Below are positions 29,940-38,303 of a stretch of 64,000 bases of DNA, piece by piece. The DNA comes from an uncultured Candidatus Saccharibacteria bacterium. Lineage in GTDB: Bacteria; Patescibacteriota; Minisyncoccia; Phycocordibacterales; WO2-35-19. The notes beneath the pieces were generated by a model. That model worked only from the letters and a program-made list of their open reading frames with translations, did not search any database and was not told where the DNA came from. Position 1 is the first letter of the stretch, and every line of letters begins with the position of its first letter. Both the position numbers and the translations under genes were made by a program. The stretch covers positions 27,986-91,985 of the forward strand of contig CAZHPR010000002.1 in NCBI GenBank assembly GCA_964534305.1. The letters run 5' to 3'.

Positions 29940-30566
29940 ATGAAAAAGACCTATTATTTTGTGATATTTGGCGCTATAATCCTAATTATGTTTTCATTTC
30001 TAAATTTTTTTAAGGACAAGAATGATCGTGATGATGTTTTACCCAAAGGTGATGATAAAAAGGTTTTACTGAACGAAGAGTTTGAACTACAAGAGGGAGG
30101 CAGAGCTTCTATGGGAGGGTTAGATATCGCTTACAGAAGTACAACACTACCTCCAGATTCTTATACTGGAGACAGGGAAGAGTTTACCTATCCTCAAATA
30201 GAGTTGAGTGAGAATGACGATACTCTCAGGTTTCCAATAAATAAAAAATTTCCAACAAGATTATTTCATAAGTATGAAATACAGCTCATAAATATGATCG
30301 TAAACAGCTCAGAAAGAACGGTTGTCCTAAAAGTTGTTACAAAAGAAGTGAACGCCAGAGTGCTAGAAGAAGATGCGGTGAAGATTGCTCTCAAAGAGGC
30401 AGAAGAGAACGGATTAGAAGACGGCGAGGCGATAAATAGGGTACTGGAATATGGTCTTTGGAAAATTGAAGTCTCGTCCCCTTCCGGCGGTGACTTATAT
30501 ATAATGGTAGAAATTGATGCGAACACTGGGGCAGTGAGGAATTCTTACAAAGAAAATAGAGCTTAA
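29940..30566 (+). CDS. PepSY domain membrane-anchored protein
   Basis: N-terminal TM helix and a C-terminal PepSY-like block (EDAVKIALKEAEENG...YGLWKIEV...YIMVEIDANTGAV). Confidence 0.55.
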   Translation: MKKTYYFVIFGAIILIMFSFLNFFKDKNDRDDVLPKGDDKKVLLNEEFELQEGGRASMGGLDIAYRSTTLPPDSYTGDREEFTYPQIELSENDDTLRFPINKKFPTRLFHKYEIQLINMIVNSSERTVVLKVVTKEVNARVLEEDAVKIALKEAEENGLEDGEAINRVLEYGLWKIEVSSPSGGDLYIMVEIDANTGAVRNSYKENRA

Positions 30567-30608
30567 AATCAAGTTCCAATTTGATTTTTTTGTGGTAGGA
30601 TACTATAT

Positions 30609-31256
30609 ATGATTATTTCTTATCAGGGTATACAGTCATTTAAGGTGCAGTTTGGAGACACGGTCTTGGCCTTTAATCCTGTATCAAAATCTTCAAAATT
30701 TAAGGCTGGTAGTTTTGGGGCTGATGTTGCTCTGATTACCAACAATCATCCAGATATGAATGGAGGCGATCAGGCAAGCCGGGGTGAGAAGAAAGCCTTT
30801 GTTATAAATGGTCCGGGGGAGTATGAAGTAGAAGGAGTATTTATAAAAGGTGCTCCAGGGACAACAAATTATGGTGGGGAGACGCTTATCAATACAATTT
30901 ATTCTGTAAATCTTGAAAACATTAATCTCTGTTTCCTTGGTTCTTTGGGAGAGACCAATCTTTCTACGGAAGCAAAAGAAACTCTTGATGGAATAGACAT
31001 ACTTTTTGTGCCAATAGGAGGGGATGGAGTACTTGACGCAAGTGAGGCTTACAAGTTTGCTGTATCTCTAGAACCTAGCATCATAATACCTATGCATTTC
31101 CCATCTGGTAACTATGATGTTGGAGAGAAAGATGCTCTAAAGAAATTTCTAAAAGAAGCTGGCGCAGAGGGGACTAAACCGATAGACAAACTAACAATAA
31201 AGAAAAAGGATTTGGAAGGAAAGGAGGCTGAGGTTGTAGTACTAAACTCAGAGTAG
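30609..31256 (+). CDS. MBL-fold metallo-hydrolase (Lactamase_B_3 / UlaG-like)
   Basis: A ~215-aa protein whose MIISYQG..F.V.FGD.VLAFNP.......ITNNHPD...G and ...ILFVPIGGD....EA.....L.P.IIIPMHF blocks are typical of this family. Confidence 0.55.
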   Translation: MIISYQGIQSFKVQFGDTVLAFNPVSKSSKFKAGSFGADVALITNNHPDMNGGDQASRGEKKAFVINGPGEYEVEGVFIKGAPGTTNYGGETLINTIYSVNLENINLCFLGSLGETNLSTEAKETLDGIDILFVPIGGDGVLDASEAYKFAVSLEPSIIIPMHFPSGNYDVGEKDALKKFLKEAGAEGTKPIDKLTIKKKDLEGKEAEVVVLNSE

Positions 31257-31266
31257 TGATATAATT

Positions 31267-31635
31267 TTGTTGATATTTTTTCTAAAGAATAAAATGATCA
31301 ACCAAACTATAGATCGCATAAACAAAAGAGACGAAGAGTATAGGCGCAAGTTAGCCTTCTTCAGTTCTCTCATTGTTTTGCTGTTGGTATTTAGTGTTTG
31401 GTCTATAGAGAGAGATATTTTTGAGCTAAAATCTAAGGGTAATAATCTTTCTCTGTCAAACAGATCTGGTCAGCTTGCTTCTGTAGCAAGCGCCCCTTCA
31501 CCTATAGATAGCTCAAAACAAGCACTTGATTCAGTCTGGTCCGAAGTCGGGAAAAGTTTTAATGACTTCAAAGAGTCACTATCAAACGTGTTTGTGCCCT
31601 TTTTTACAGGAATAGAAGTTTACGAGAGGAAATAA
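31267..31635 (+). CDS. hypothetical membrane-anchored protein
   Basis: ORF with one TM helix and no recognised domain. Confidence 0.35.
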   Translation: MLIFFLKNKMINQTIDRINKRDEEYRRKLAFFSSLIVLLLVFSVWSIERDIFELKSKGNNLSLSNRSGQLASVASAPSPIDSSKQALDSVWSEVGKSFNDFKESLSNVFVPFFTGIEVYERK

Positions 31636-31643
31636 TTGCAAAG

Positions 31644-31772
31644 ACCCTCCCAAATCATTTTTGCTCGTTAGGTCATAAGGATTAAGGCTCTCGCAAAAAT
31701 GATTTGGGAGGGTCTGGTATTTCATAAAAATGTTTTGAGCGACTTTAAGAGGCTCTCGCAAAAATGATTTGG
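31644..31772. repeat. 22-bp perfect inverted repeat (gaccctcccaaatcatttttgc / gcaaaaatgatttgggagggtc) plus a third direct copy of ggctctcgcaaaaatgatttgggag
   Basis: Seen directly. It shares the TTTTGCGAGAG core, in reverse complement, with the 29690-29930 repeats. Confidence 0.75.
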
Positions 31773-31839
31773 GAGATTTTTAAAAATAAACTTTTTGCTT
31801 GAAAAGAGCTTCTGTTTTTGCTATAATAGATAAATAATT

Positions 31840-34302
31840 ATGGCAAAAAGCTCAGAAAAAGAGTCTCAAAATAACGGCGGTACGGGTGTCTTGCCTCGTT
31901 CTATAGTGAGCGAAATGAAGAAGTCTTTTATAGACTATGCGATGTCTGTAATTACAGACAGAGCCCTCCCTGATGTTCGTGATGGTCTAAAGCCGGTGCA
32001 CCGAAGGATACTTTATGCGATGCATACCATGGGTCTAGGCCCTTCTAGCAAGACTCGTAAATCAGCTACGGTAGTGGGAGAGGTGCTCGGTCACTTCCAT
32101 CCTCATGGTGATACAGCCGCTTATGATGCGATGGTAAAGATGGCGCAAGATTTTTCTATGCGCTATCCGCTTATAATAGGTCAAGGAAACTTTGGTTCAA
32201 TAGATGGAGATGGAGCTGCGGCAATGCGTTATACCGAAGCAAAGATGAGTAGGGTTGGAGCTGAGCTTTTGCGTGATATACACAAGGATACGGTAGATTT
32301 TATCCCAAACTTTGATGGTACTGATAAGGAACCAAAAGTTTTGCCTGCTGCTGTGCCTCAGCTTTTACTCAATGGGACTTTGGGTATTGCGGTAGGTATG
32401 GCAACAAATGTTCCTCCTCACAACTTGCGTGAGGTTATAGATGCAACCGCATATCTTATAGACAACAAAGATGCAACAACAGAAGATTTACTTCAATTTA
32501 TACAAGGACCGGACTTCCCTCTTGGGGGCATAATATTCAACCAGAAAGATATACACCACGCTTACACCACTGGAAGAGGCGGTATAGTGTGTAGGGGTGT
32601 AGCTGAAATTGTAGAAGAAAAAAATCTATCCCAGATAGTCATAACCTCAATCCCATACAGGGTCAACAAGCAGACTCTGGTTGAAAAGATTGCCGAACTT
32701 GTACGTGACAAAAAACTCGAAGGGGTAAAGGGACTTAGAGATGAATCAACAAAGGATATAAGAGTTGTGATCGACCTCAAAGGAGGTAGCCATCCGCAAA
32801 GAGTCCTAAACTTTTTGTACAAACACACCCAACTCGAAGAAACATTCCACCTCAACCTGGTGGCGCTCGTTGATGGCGTACCCCAGACACTTTCTCTCAA
32901 GGGTATTATTCAAGAATTTATAAACCATAGGCAGGTTGTCATAAAAAGAAGGACAGAGTTTGATCTGAGGGAGGCAGAAGCAAGAGAGCATATACTCCTT
33001 GGTCTCAAGAAAGCTCTTGATCACATAGATGAGATCATAAAACTCATAAAGAAAAGCAAGGATGTTGAGACAGCCAGAGACAACCTCATGAAGCAGTTCA
33101 AGTTTTCTCTTATACAAGCAAATGCGATACTAGAGATGAGACTACAAAAGCTCGCTGGTCTTGAGAGACAAAAAATAGAAGACGAGCTAAAGGCGGTCCA
33201 AGCTATCATCAAAGAGCTAAAAGATATTCTTGCTAACCCAAAAAAGATTTTTACTATAATAAAGAAAGAACTATCAGAAATAGCAGAAAAGTATGGCGAT
33301 GACAGGAGGACGAAGTTGATAAAGGGTGGTGTAAAGGTGCTCTCTGTTGAAGATTTGATACCAAATGAAGAAAACACCCTTATCCTTACTGCCGGCGGTT
33401 ATATAAAGCGCACCAACCCAGATGAATACAAGAAGCAAAAACGTGGTGGGGTAGGAGTAGTCGATCTGGATACAAAAGAAGAAGATTTCGTTACAAACTT
33501 CCTCACAGCTGAGACTCATTCAGACCTACTATTCTTTACTGATAAGGGTAAGGCTTATCAAATAAAGATGTACGACATCCCAGAGGGCAAGAGAGCAACA
33601 AGAGGTAAGTCTATAATGAACTTTCTCTCTCTTTCTGATGATGAAAAAGTCACCTCAATCCTCCCGATGCCTAAGAATCTCAAAGACAACAAAGACCTTT
33701 CCCTACTTATGATTACAGAACAAGGGGTAGGCAAAAAAGTTTCTGCAAGTAGCTTCCATGATGTACGAAGTAGTGGAATTATTGCTATCAAGCTTCAAGC
33801 TGGAGACAGGTTGGTTTCTGTTTGTCAGACGGCGAAAGGTGATTCTTGTATGCTTATAACCGCAAAGGGTCAGTCAATCAGGTTCAAAGAAAATGATATA
33901 AGAGAGATGGGTAGAACAGCTGGAGGAGTAAGAGCCATGAAGCTAGGCAAGGGAGATAGAATAGTTGGTGCTCACACAATACACAAAGAAATAGAAAAGG
34001 AGGCTAGTATCCTAACTGTCGGTGCAAATGGTTATGGCAAAAAGACTCCTCTCAAGGAATACAAGATTCAAAAACGCGGTGGCTCCGGTATAAAAACATC
34101 AAGTGTCACTACAAAGACAGGTGAAATAATGTCTTCAGAGATAGTTGTGGGTTCTGAGGCAGAAGTAGTCGCAATGTCAAAGAAGAGTCAGGTCATAAGG
34201 CTAGAACTAAATGAGATACCTACACTCGGCAGATCTACTCAAGGTGTCCGGATAATGAAGCTTCGAGAAGGCGACTCCCTCGCTTCTCTCATCTGTCTCT
34301 AG
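31840..34302 (+). CDS. gyrA: DNA gyrase subunit A
   Basis: The N-terminal GyrA signature ([40 protein letters not shown]) with the active-site Tyr region, and a C-terminal beta-pinwheel region. Confidence 0.9.
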   Translation: MAKSSEKESQNNGGTGVLPRSIVSEMKKSFIDYAMSVITDRALPDVRDGLKPVHRRILYAMHTMGLGPSSKTRKSATVVGEVLGHFHPHGDTAAYDAMVKMAQDFSMRYPLIIGQGNFGSIDGDGAAAMRYTEAKMSRVGAELLRDIHKDTVDFIPNFDGTDKEPKVLPAAVPQLLLNGTLGIAVGMATNVPPHNLREVIDATAYLIDNKDATTEDLLQFIQGPDFPLGGIIFNQKDIHHAYTTGRGGIVCRGVAEIVEEKNLSQIVITSIPYRVNKQTLVEKIAELVRDKKLEGVKGLRDESTKDIRVVIDLKGGSHPQRVLNFLYKHTQLEETFHLNLVALVDGVPQTLSLKGIIQEFINHRQVVIKRRTEFDLREAEAREHILLGLKKALDHIDEIIKLIKKSKDVETARDNLMKQFKFSLIQANAILEMRLQKLAGLERQKIEDELKAVQAIIKELKDILANPKKIFTIIKKELSEIAEKYGDDRRTKLIKGGVKVLSVEDLIPNEENTLILTAGGYIKRTNPDEYKKQKRGGVGVVDLDTKEEDFVTNFLTAETHSDLLFFTDKGKAYQIKMYDIPEGKRATRGKSIMNFLSLSDDEKVTSILPMPKNLKDNKDLSLLMITEQGVGKKVSASSFHDVRSSGIIAIKLQAGDRLVSVCQTAKGDSCMLITAKGQSIRFKENDIREMGRTAGGVRAMKLGKGDRIVGAHTIHKEIEKEASILTVGANGYGKKTPLKEYKIQKRGGSGIKTSSVTTKTGEIMSSEIVVGSEAEVVAMSKKSQVIRLELNEIPTLGRSTQGVRIMKLREGDSLASLICL

Positions 34303-34362
34303 TTCTGTTAGCAATCCACGCTTTTGTAGATAAGCAAAATTTGTTTTTGCTATAATTAAGAC

Positions 34363-35649
34363 ATGTCAACAAAGTTTCAGATAATCCTAACTGGTGTATT
34401 TGCTCTTTTTATTGTTGTGGGAGTTATTGTATTTTCTATGTACAGAGGCTCTCAGGGTCAGGTTAGTAATGTAATTGTTTGGGGTACTATAGAGCAAACC
34501 GATTTCTCTCAGATACTTATGGCGACTGGTCTCGCTCAGAGCAAAGAATACTCAGTCCAGTATGTAAAGAAAGCAGAAGAAACTTTTGATAATGATCTAG
34601 TAGAGGCGATCGCTGCTGGTGAGGGCCCAGACGTCTTCTTTTTGCCTAGTGACAAGATAATAAAAAATATGAACAAGACGTTTATAATACCTTACAACGT
34701 CTTTACCGAGAGGAATTTTAAAGACTCTTTTATAGAGGGTGCCGAAATATTTATGTTGCCGGAGGGTGTTGTTGCGATGCCGTTTGTGGTTGATCCGCTG
34801 GTGATGTATTGGAACAGAGCTATATTCAATGATTCAAAGATAACCGTACCTCCAAAATATTGGGATCAATTCTTCAATCTGGCTTCAGTTATTTCTATAA
34901 AGGATGGTAGTCTCAATATTTTGAGAAGTGCTGTCGCGCTTGGAGAGTTTTCAAACATATCACATGCAAAGGAGATAATCTCTACCCTTGCAATGCAAGC
35001 CGGTACCCCTATAACTTATTGGAGCGGTGGTAAACCAATGAGCAGCTTCTCTCTTAGACTAGACAAACCGACAATACCAGCAGAGGCCGCGGTAAACTTT
35101 TATACAGAATTTTCAAATCCAGCAAAAACATCATACTCCTGGAACAGATCAATAGTCTCTTCTACAAATTATTTTCTGGGAGGAGATCTCGCTATGTATT
35201 TTGGTTTTGCAAGCGAGATTGCTGGTATACAATCAAAAAACCCAAATCTAAACTTTGATGTTGCTCCTATGCCGCTTTCTAGAGAGGGTGGCAATGACTC
35301 TATCTTTGGTAGGTTTTATGGTTTGGCGATAACAAAAACTTCCAAAAATCCTAACGCCGCCTTTGGTGTAGTTTCAATACTTACTTCTACTCAAGGCTCA
35401 AAAGCTTTTGCAGAGATACTAAGGCTTCCTCCAGTGAGACGCGACCTCCTAGCCGAGAGACCTACCGGCGCGTATCTTAGTGTGTTTTATGATAGCGCAA
35501 TAAGGGCTAGAGGATGGCTTGATCCAGATAGGGTAGAGACCAATATTATATTTAGAAATATGATAGAGTCAGTTACAAGCGGAAGATCTAGGGTAAGTGA
35601 GGCGGTTGCAAGGGCAAACAGAGAAATATCAAATCTTTTACAAAAATGA
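34363..35649 (+). CDS. TM-anchored extracellular solute-binding-like protein (SBP_bac_1-like); function uncertain
   Basis: N-terminal TM helix plus a ~400-aa periplasmic-type domain. Its stop overlaps the start of the first small-protein gene (ATGA). Confidence 0.4.
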   Translation: MSTKFQIILTGVFALFIVVGVIVFSMYRGSQGQVSNVIVWGTIEQTDFSQILMATGLAQSKEYSVQYVKKAEETFDNDLVEAIAAGEGPDVFFLPSDKIIKNMNKTFIIPYNVFTERNFKDSFIEGAEIFMLPEGVVAMPFVVDPLVMYWNRAIFNDSKITVPPKYWDQFFNLASVISIKDGSLNILRSAVALGEFSNISHAKEIISTLAMQAGTPITYWSGGKPMSSFSLRLDKPTIPAEAAVNFYTEFSNPAKTSYSWNRSIVSSTNYFLGGDLAMYFGFASEIAGIQSKNPNLNFDVAPMPLSREGGNDSIFGRFYGLAITKTSKNPNAAFGVVSILTSTQGSKAFAEILRLPPVRRDLLAERPTGAYLSVFYDSAIRARGWLDPDRVETNIIFRNMIESVTSGRSRVSEAVARANREISNLLQK

Positions 35650-36050
35650 TATCGGGTTCTAAAAAAAATATATTTAATACATTTGTAACCATACTTTTGG
35701 TGTTTGTCCCTGTCTTGTCATTTGCGGCACCGCTCATCCCTTCTCCTGTTGTCCCTAATTGTCCAAATCCAGAAGGCTGTGGTTTTGTTGAATTTATAGA
35801 GCTTATAAACAATGTTGTTAGTTTGCTAATCGCATTGTCGTTCCCTATCGCTGCGGGAGTTATCGCTTGGGCAGGTTTTAATATGATTATGGATGGTGGT
35901 AATGGGGCAAAGAGGAAGGAGTCTATAGAGATGATAAAGAAAGTTGTTATCGGTTTTGTTATAATGCTCTCAGCTTGGATTGTAGTCTCTACCTTGCTAA
36001 ACGCACTAATATCAAGTCAATTTAAAGACGCGGTACAAATAGTAAAATAA
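35646..36050 (+). CDS. small two-TM membrane protein, paralog 1 (VirB2/TrbC-pilin-like architecture)
   Basis: Signal peptide (VPVLSFAAP). A Cys pair (CPNPEGC). SLLIALSFPIAAGVIAWAGFNMIM, then a basic loop (GGNGAKRKES), then a second TM helix. Confidence 0.6.
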   Translation: MISGSKKNIFNTFVTILLVFVPVLSFAAPLIPSPVVPNCPNPEGCGFVEFIELINNVVSLLIALSFPIAAGVIAWAGFNMIMDGGNGAKRKESIEMIKKVVIGFVIMLSAWIVVSTLLNALISSQFKDAVQIVK

Positions 36051-36054
36051 TAAA

Positions 36055-36477
36055 ATGTTTAATAAAACAAAATTTTCAAAACTTTTAATCTTCACTCTTT
36101 CTCTCTTTATTGCACTTTCTCCTGTTTTTGTTTTTGCAGTCGATGATACCGGTAATAACCCTAAACCAGATGATGTTGGTAAAAATCCAACTCCTGTCTC
36201 TTATCAAATAAAAATAACAAACCCATTCAAATCAAACAGCGTAGAGGGTTTGTTAAAAGCGATAGTCAATGAAATATTGATACCAATAGGAAGCGTTGTT
36301 GCCGCTATTATGGTTATATATGCAGGCTTTTTGTTTGTAACTGCAAGAGGGGACGCTGGCCAGATAAAGACCGCAAAACAAGCCCTGTTGTATGCAGTTA
36401 TAGGAGCAGCGATACTTCTCGGTGCTTGGGTTATTATAAACGCGATAAGTGCGACAATAGACAAACTAAGAGTATAA
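36055..36477 (+). CDS. small two-TM membrane protein, paralog 2 (VirB2/TrbC-pilin-like)
   Basis: Signal peptide (SPVFVFAVDD). ILIPIGSVVAAIMVIYAGFLFVTARGD, a loop, then LLYAVIGAAILLGAWVII. This resembles the P.G...R hairpin of TrbC/VirB2. Confidence 0.6.
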   Translation: MFNKTKFSKLLIFTLSLFIALSPVFVFAVDDTGNNPKPDDVGKNPTPVSYQIKITNPFKSNSVEGLLKAIVNEILIPIGSVVAAIMVIYAGFLFVTARGDAGQIKTAKQALLYAVIGAAILLGAWVIINAISATIDKLRV

Positions 36478-36481
36478 AATT

Positions 36482-36757
36482 ATGGATCTTGCTGGTTTAA
36501 TAAAAATGTTTACAGATATGGGGCTTAGGGTGATACCCTTTATTGGCTCTATCGCCTTTCTTGCATTTGTCTGGGGGATTGCAAGATTTATAAAGTCTAG
36601 TGGTAGTGAGGCAGAGATGAAAAAGAGCAAGGAGTTCCTTATCTGGGGTGTCATTGGGATCTTTGTACTTGCGACAATATGGGGCATTATCTCTTTTATA
36701 AGAGGTGAATTCGGGTTTAGTGGTACCTTCGGTATCCCACAGATAAGAGTAAAATAA
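36482..36757 (+). CDS. small two-TM membrane protein, paralog 3
   Basis: VIPFIGSIAFLAFVWGIARFIKS, the loop SGSEAEMKKSKEF, then LIWGVIGIFVLATIWGIISFIRGE. Confidence 0.6.
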   Translation: MDLAGLIKMFTDMGLRVIPFIGSIAFLAFVWGIARFIKSSGSEAEMKKSKEFLIWGVIGIFVLATIWGIISFIRGEFGFSGTFGIPQIRVK

Positions 36758-36765
36758 AAAATATT

Positions 36766-37041
36766 ATGGGATTAATGAAATTATTAGAAGCGGCACAGGG
36801 GATAGTCACAGGAATACTTATTCCACTTGCCTTTGCCCTTGCTCTCCTGTACTTCTTTTGGGGGGTTGCAAAGTATATAAACTCTGGGGCTGGTGGCGAG
36901 AAGGCGGCAGAGGAGGGTAAGAGAGTTATGATTTGGGGTATAGTAGCCCTCTTTATTGCAACATCAATATGGGGTATAGTTAACTTTATAAAATCAGAAC
37001 TTGGGTTGCCGGGTATACAAAAAGTGAATATCCAAAATTAA
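36766..37041 (+). CDS. small two-TM membrane protein, paralog 4
   Basis: ILIPLAFALALLYFFWGVAKYINS, the loop GAGGEKAAEEGKRVM, then IWGIVALFIATSIWGIVNFIKSE. Confidence 0.6.
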   Translation: MGLMKLLEAAQGIVTGILIPLAFALALLYFFWGVAKYINSGAGGEKAAEEGKRVMIWGIVALFIATSIWGIVNFIKSELGLPGIQKVNIQN

Positions 37042-37060
37042 TTTAATAAATTAAAATAAT

Positions 37061-37486
37061 ATGAAAGAAAAAATAAAATATATAGTAGGTCTTGCACTTT
37101 TATCTCCAGTTTTTGCTTCTGCTCAATTAACACAGACTAGAACTTTGCTGCAAAGTGCAATGAATATAGTTACTCAGATTCTAATACCCCTAGTATTTAC
37201 CCTTGCTCTTTTGTTTTTCTTTTGGGGAATTGCAAAGTATATAAGGTCAGAGGGCACTGGTAAGGAGGAGGGTAAGAAAATAATGATCTGGGGAGTTGTT
37301 GCACTATTCGTAATGTCTACAATTTGGGGGTTAGTTTCTTTTATAAGGGGAGAACTTTTGGGTAATACTAGCGCTCCTATATCTCAACCTGTTCCTACAA
37401 TTGGTGCCGGGGCTGGTGGGGGAGCTTCTATTCCTGGTCAAGATCCTGGTAGTGGTTATATATCAGGGCTGCCTGCAGGATTCTAA
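37061..37486 (+). CDS. small two-TM membrane protein, paralog 5 (signal peptide plus a Gly-rich C-terminal tail)
   Basis: Signal peptide SPVFASAQ. ILIPLVFTLALLFFFWGIAKYIRSEGTGKEEGKKIMIWGVVALFVMSTIWGLVSFIRGE, then a GAGAGGGASIPGQDPGSG tail. Confidence 0.6.
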   Translation: MKEKIKYIVGLALLSPVFASAQLTQTRTLLQSAMNIVTQILIPLVFTLALLFFFWGIAKYIRSEGTGKEEGKKIMIWGVVALFVMSTIWGLVSFIRGELLGNTSAPISQPVPTIGAGAGGGASIPGQDPGSGYISGLPAGF

Positions 37487-37509
37487 AATTATCTGTGGAT
37501 AAGGATTTG

Positions 37510-37538
37510 TTGAAAATAAACTAAAATATTGGTATAAT
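37510..37538 (+). promoter_or_regulatory. sigma70-like internal promoter TTGAAA-17-TATAAT inside the small-protein array
   Basis: It lies in the only ~100-bp gap of the array, upstream of paralog 6. Confidence 0.5.
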
Positions 37539-37585
37539 TAACAGGTAAAAAATTGGTCGTTTAATTATTAATTTTTGCAAAAATT

Positions 37586-37933
37586 ATGAAAAAAATAGCT
37601 ATAATCGGCGTTGCTTCATTGCTTCCAGTGTTTGCTTCAGCTCAGGATCTGAGCAATATCCAGACACTTGTACAATCTATAGGTAATATTATAAACATAG
37701 CAATACCTATAGTCTTTGCTTTGGCAATGCTATTCTTCTTCTGGGGTCTTGCAAAGTACATCCTAGGCTCAGAGCACGACAAGGATGCGGCGAAGAAGAC
37801 TATGATCTGGGGAGTTGTTGCACTATTCGTGATGGCTGCTGTATGGGGCCTTGTAAGCTTCATAAGTAGGGCTGTTGGTGTAAACTCTCAGGGTCCTGGA
37901 TTTACTCCAAGCAGCTTGGTTCCAAGAGGCTAG
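37586..37933 (+). CDS. small two-TM membrane protein, paralog 6
   Basis: Signal peptide LLPVFASAQ. AIPIVFALAMLFFFWGLAKYILGSEHDKDAAKKTMIWGVVALFVMAAVWGLVSFISRA. Confidence 0.6.
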   Translation: MKKIAIIGVASLLPVFASAQDLSNIQTLVQSIGNIINIAIPIVFALAMLFFFWGLAKYILGSEHDKDAAKKTMIWGVVALFVMAAVWGLVSFISRAVGVNSQGPGFTPSSLVPRG

Positions 37934-38013
37934 AGATATTCCAAAATCTATATAGAAAAAGAAAATCCCCATCCTTTTTAGGTGGGGGATTTTCTTTGTG
38001 ATAAAATGCTTTT

Positions 38014-38271
38014 ATGGATGTAAAGATGCTACTTGGTAAAATAGCAGAGCTTATAATAAATCCTATTATAATTTTGGGATTTGTTATTGCGACTATTTAC
38101 TTCTTTTACGGTATTTTTGAGCTTATTTACAAAGCAGACGAGGGGAAGGATGAACACAAAAAGAATTTGATATACGGTATTATCGGTCTCTTTGTAATGT
38201 TTTCTGTTTATGGAATTTTGAATATTGTCTTAGATACTTTTGGTATTACTAACAAAGGTCTCATACCTTAA
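38014..38271 (+). CDS. small two-TM membrane protein, paralog 7 (divergent, no signal peptide)
   Basis: IINPIIILGFVIATIYFFYGIFELIYKADEGKDEHKKNLIYGIIGLFVMFSVYGILNIV follows the same hairpin plan. Confidence 0.5.
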   Translation: MDVKMLLGKIAELIINPIIILGFVIATIYFFYGIFELIYKADEGKDEHKKNLIYGIIGLFVMFSVYGILNIVLDTFGITNKGLIP

Positions 38272-38303
38272 TTTTTTATGAAAAAAGGGGATCTTGCGAT
38301 CCC

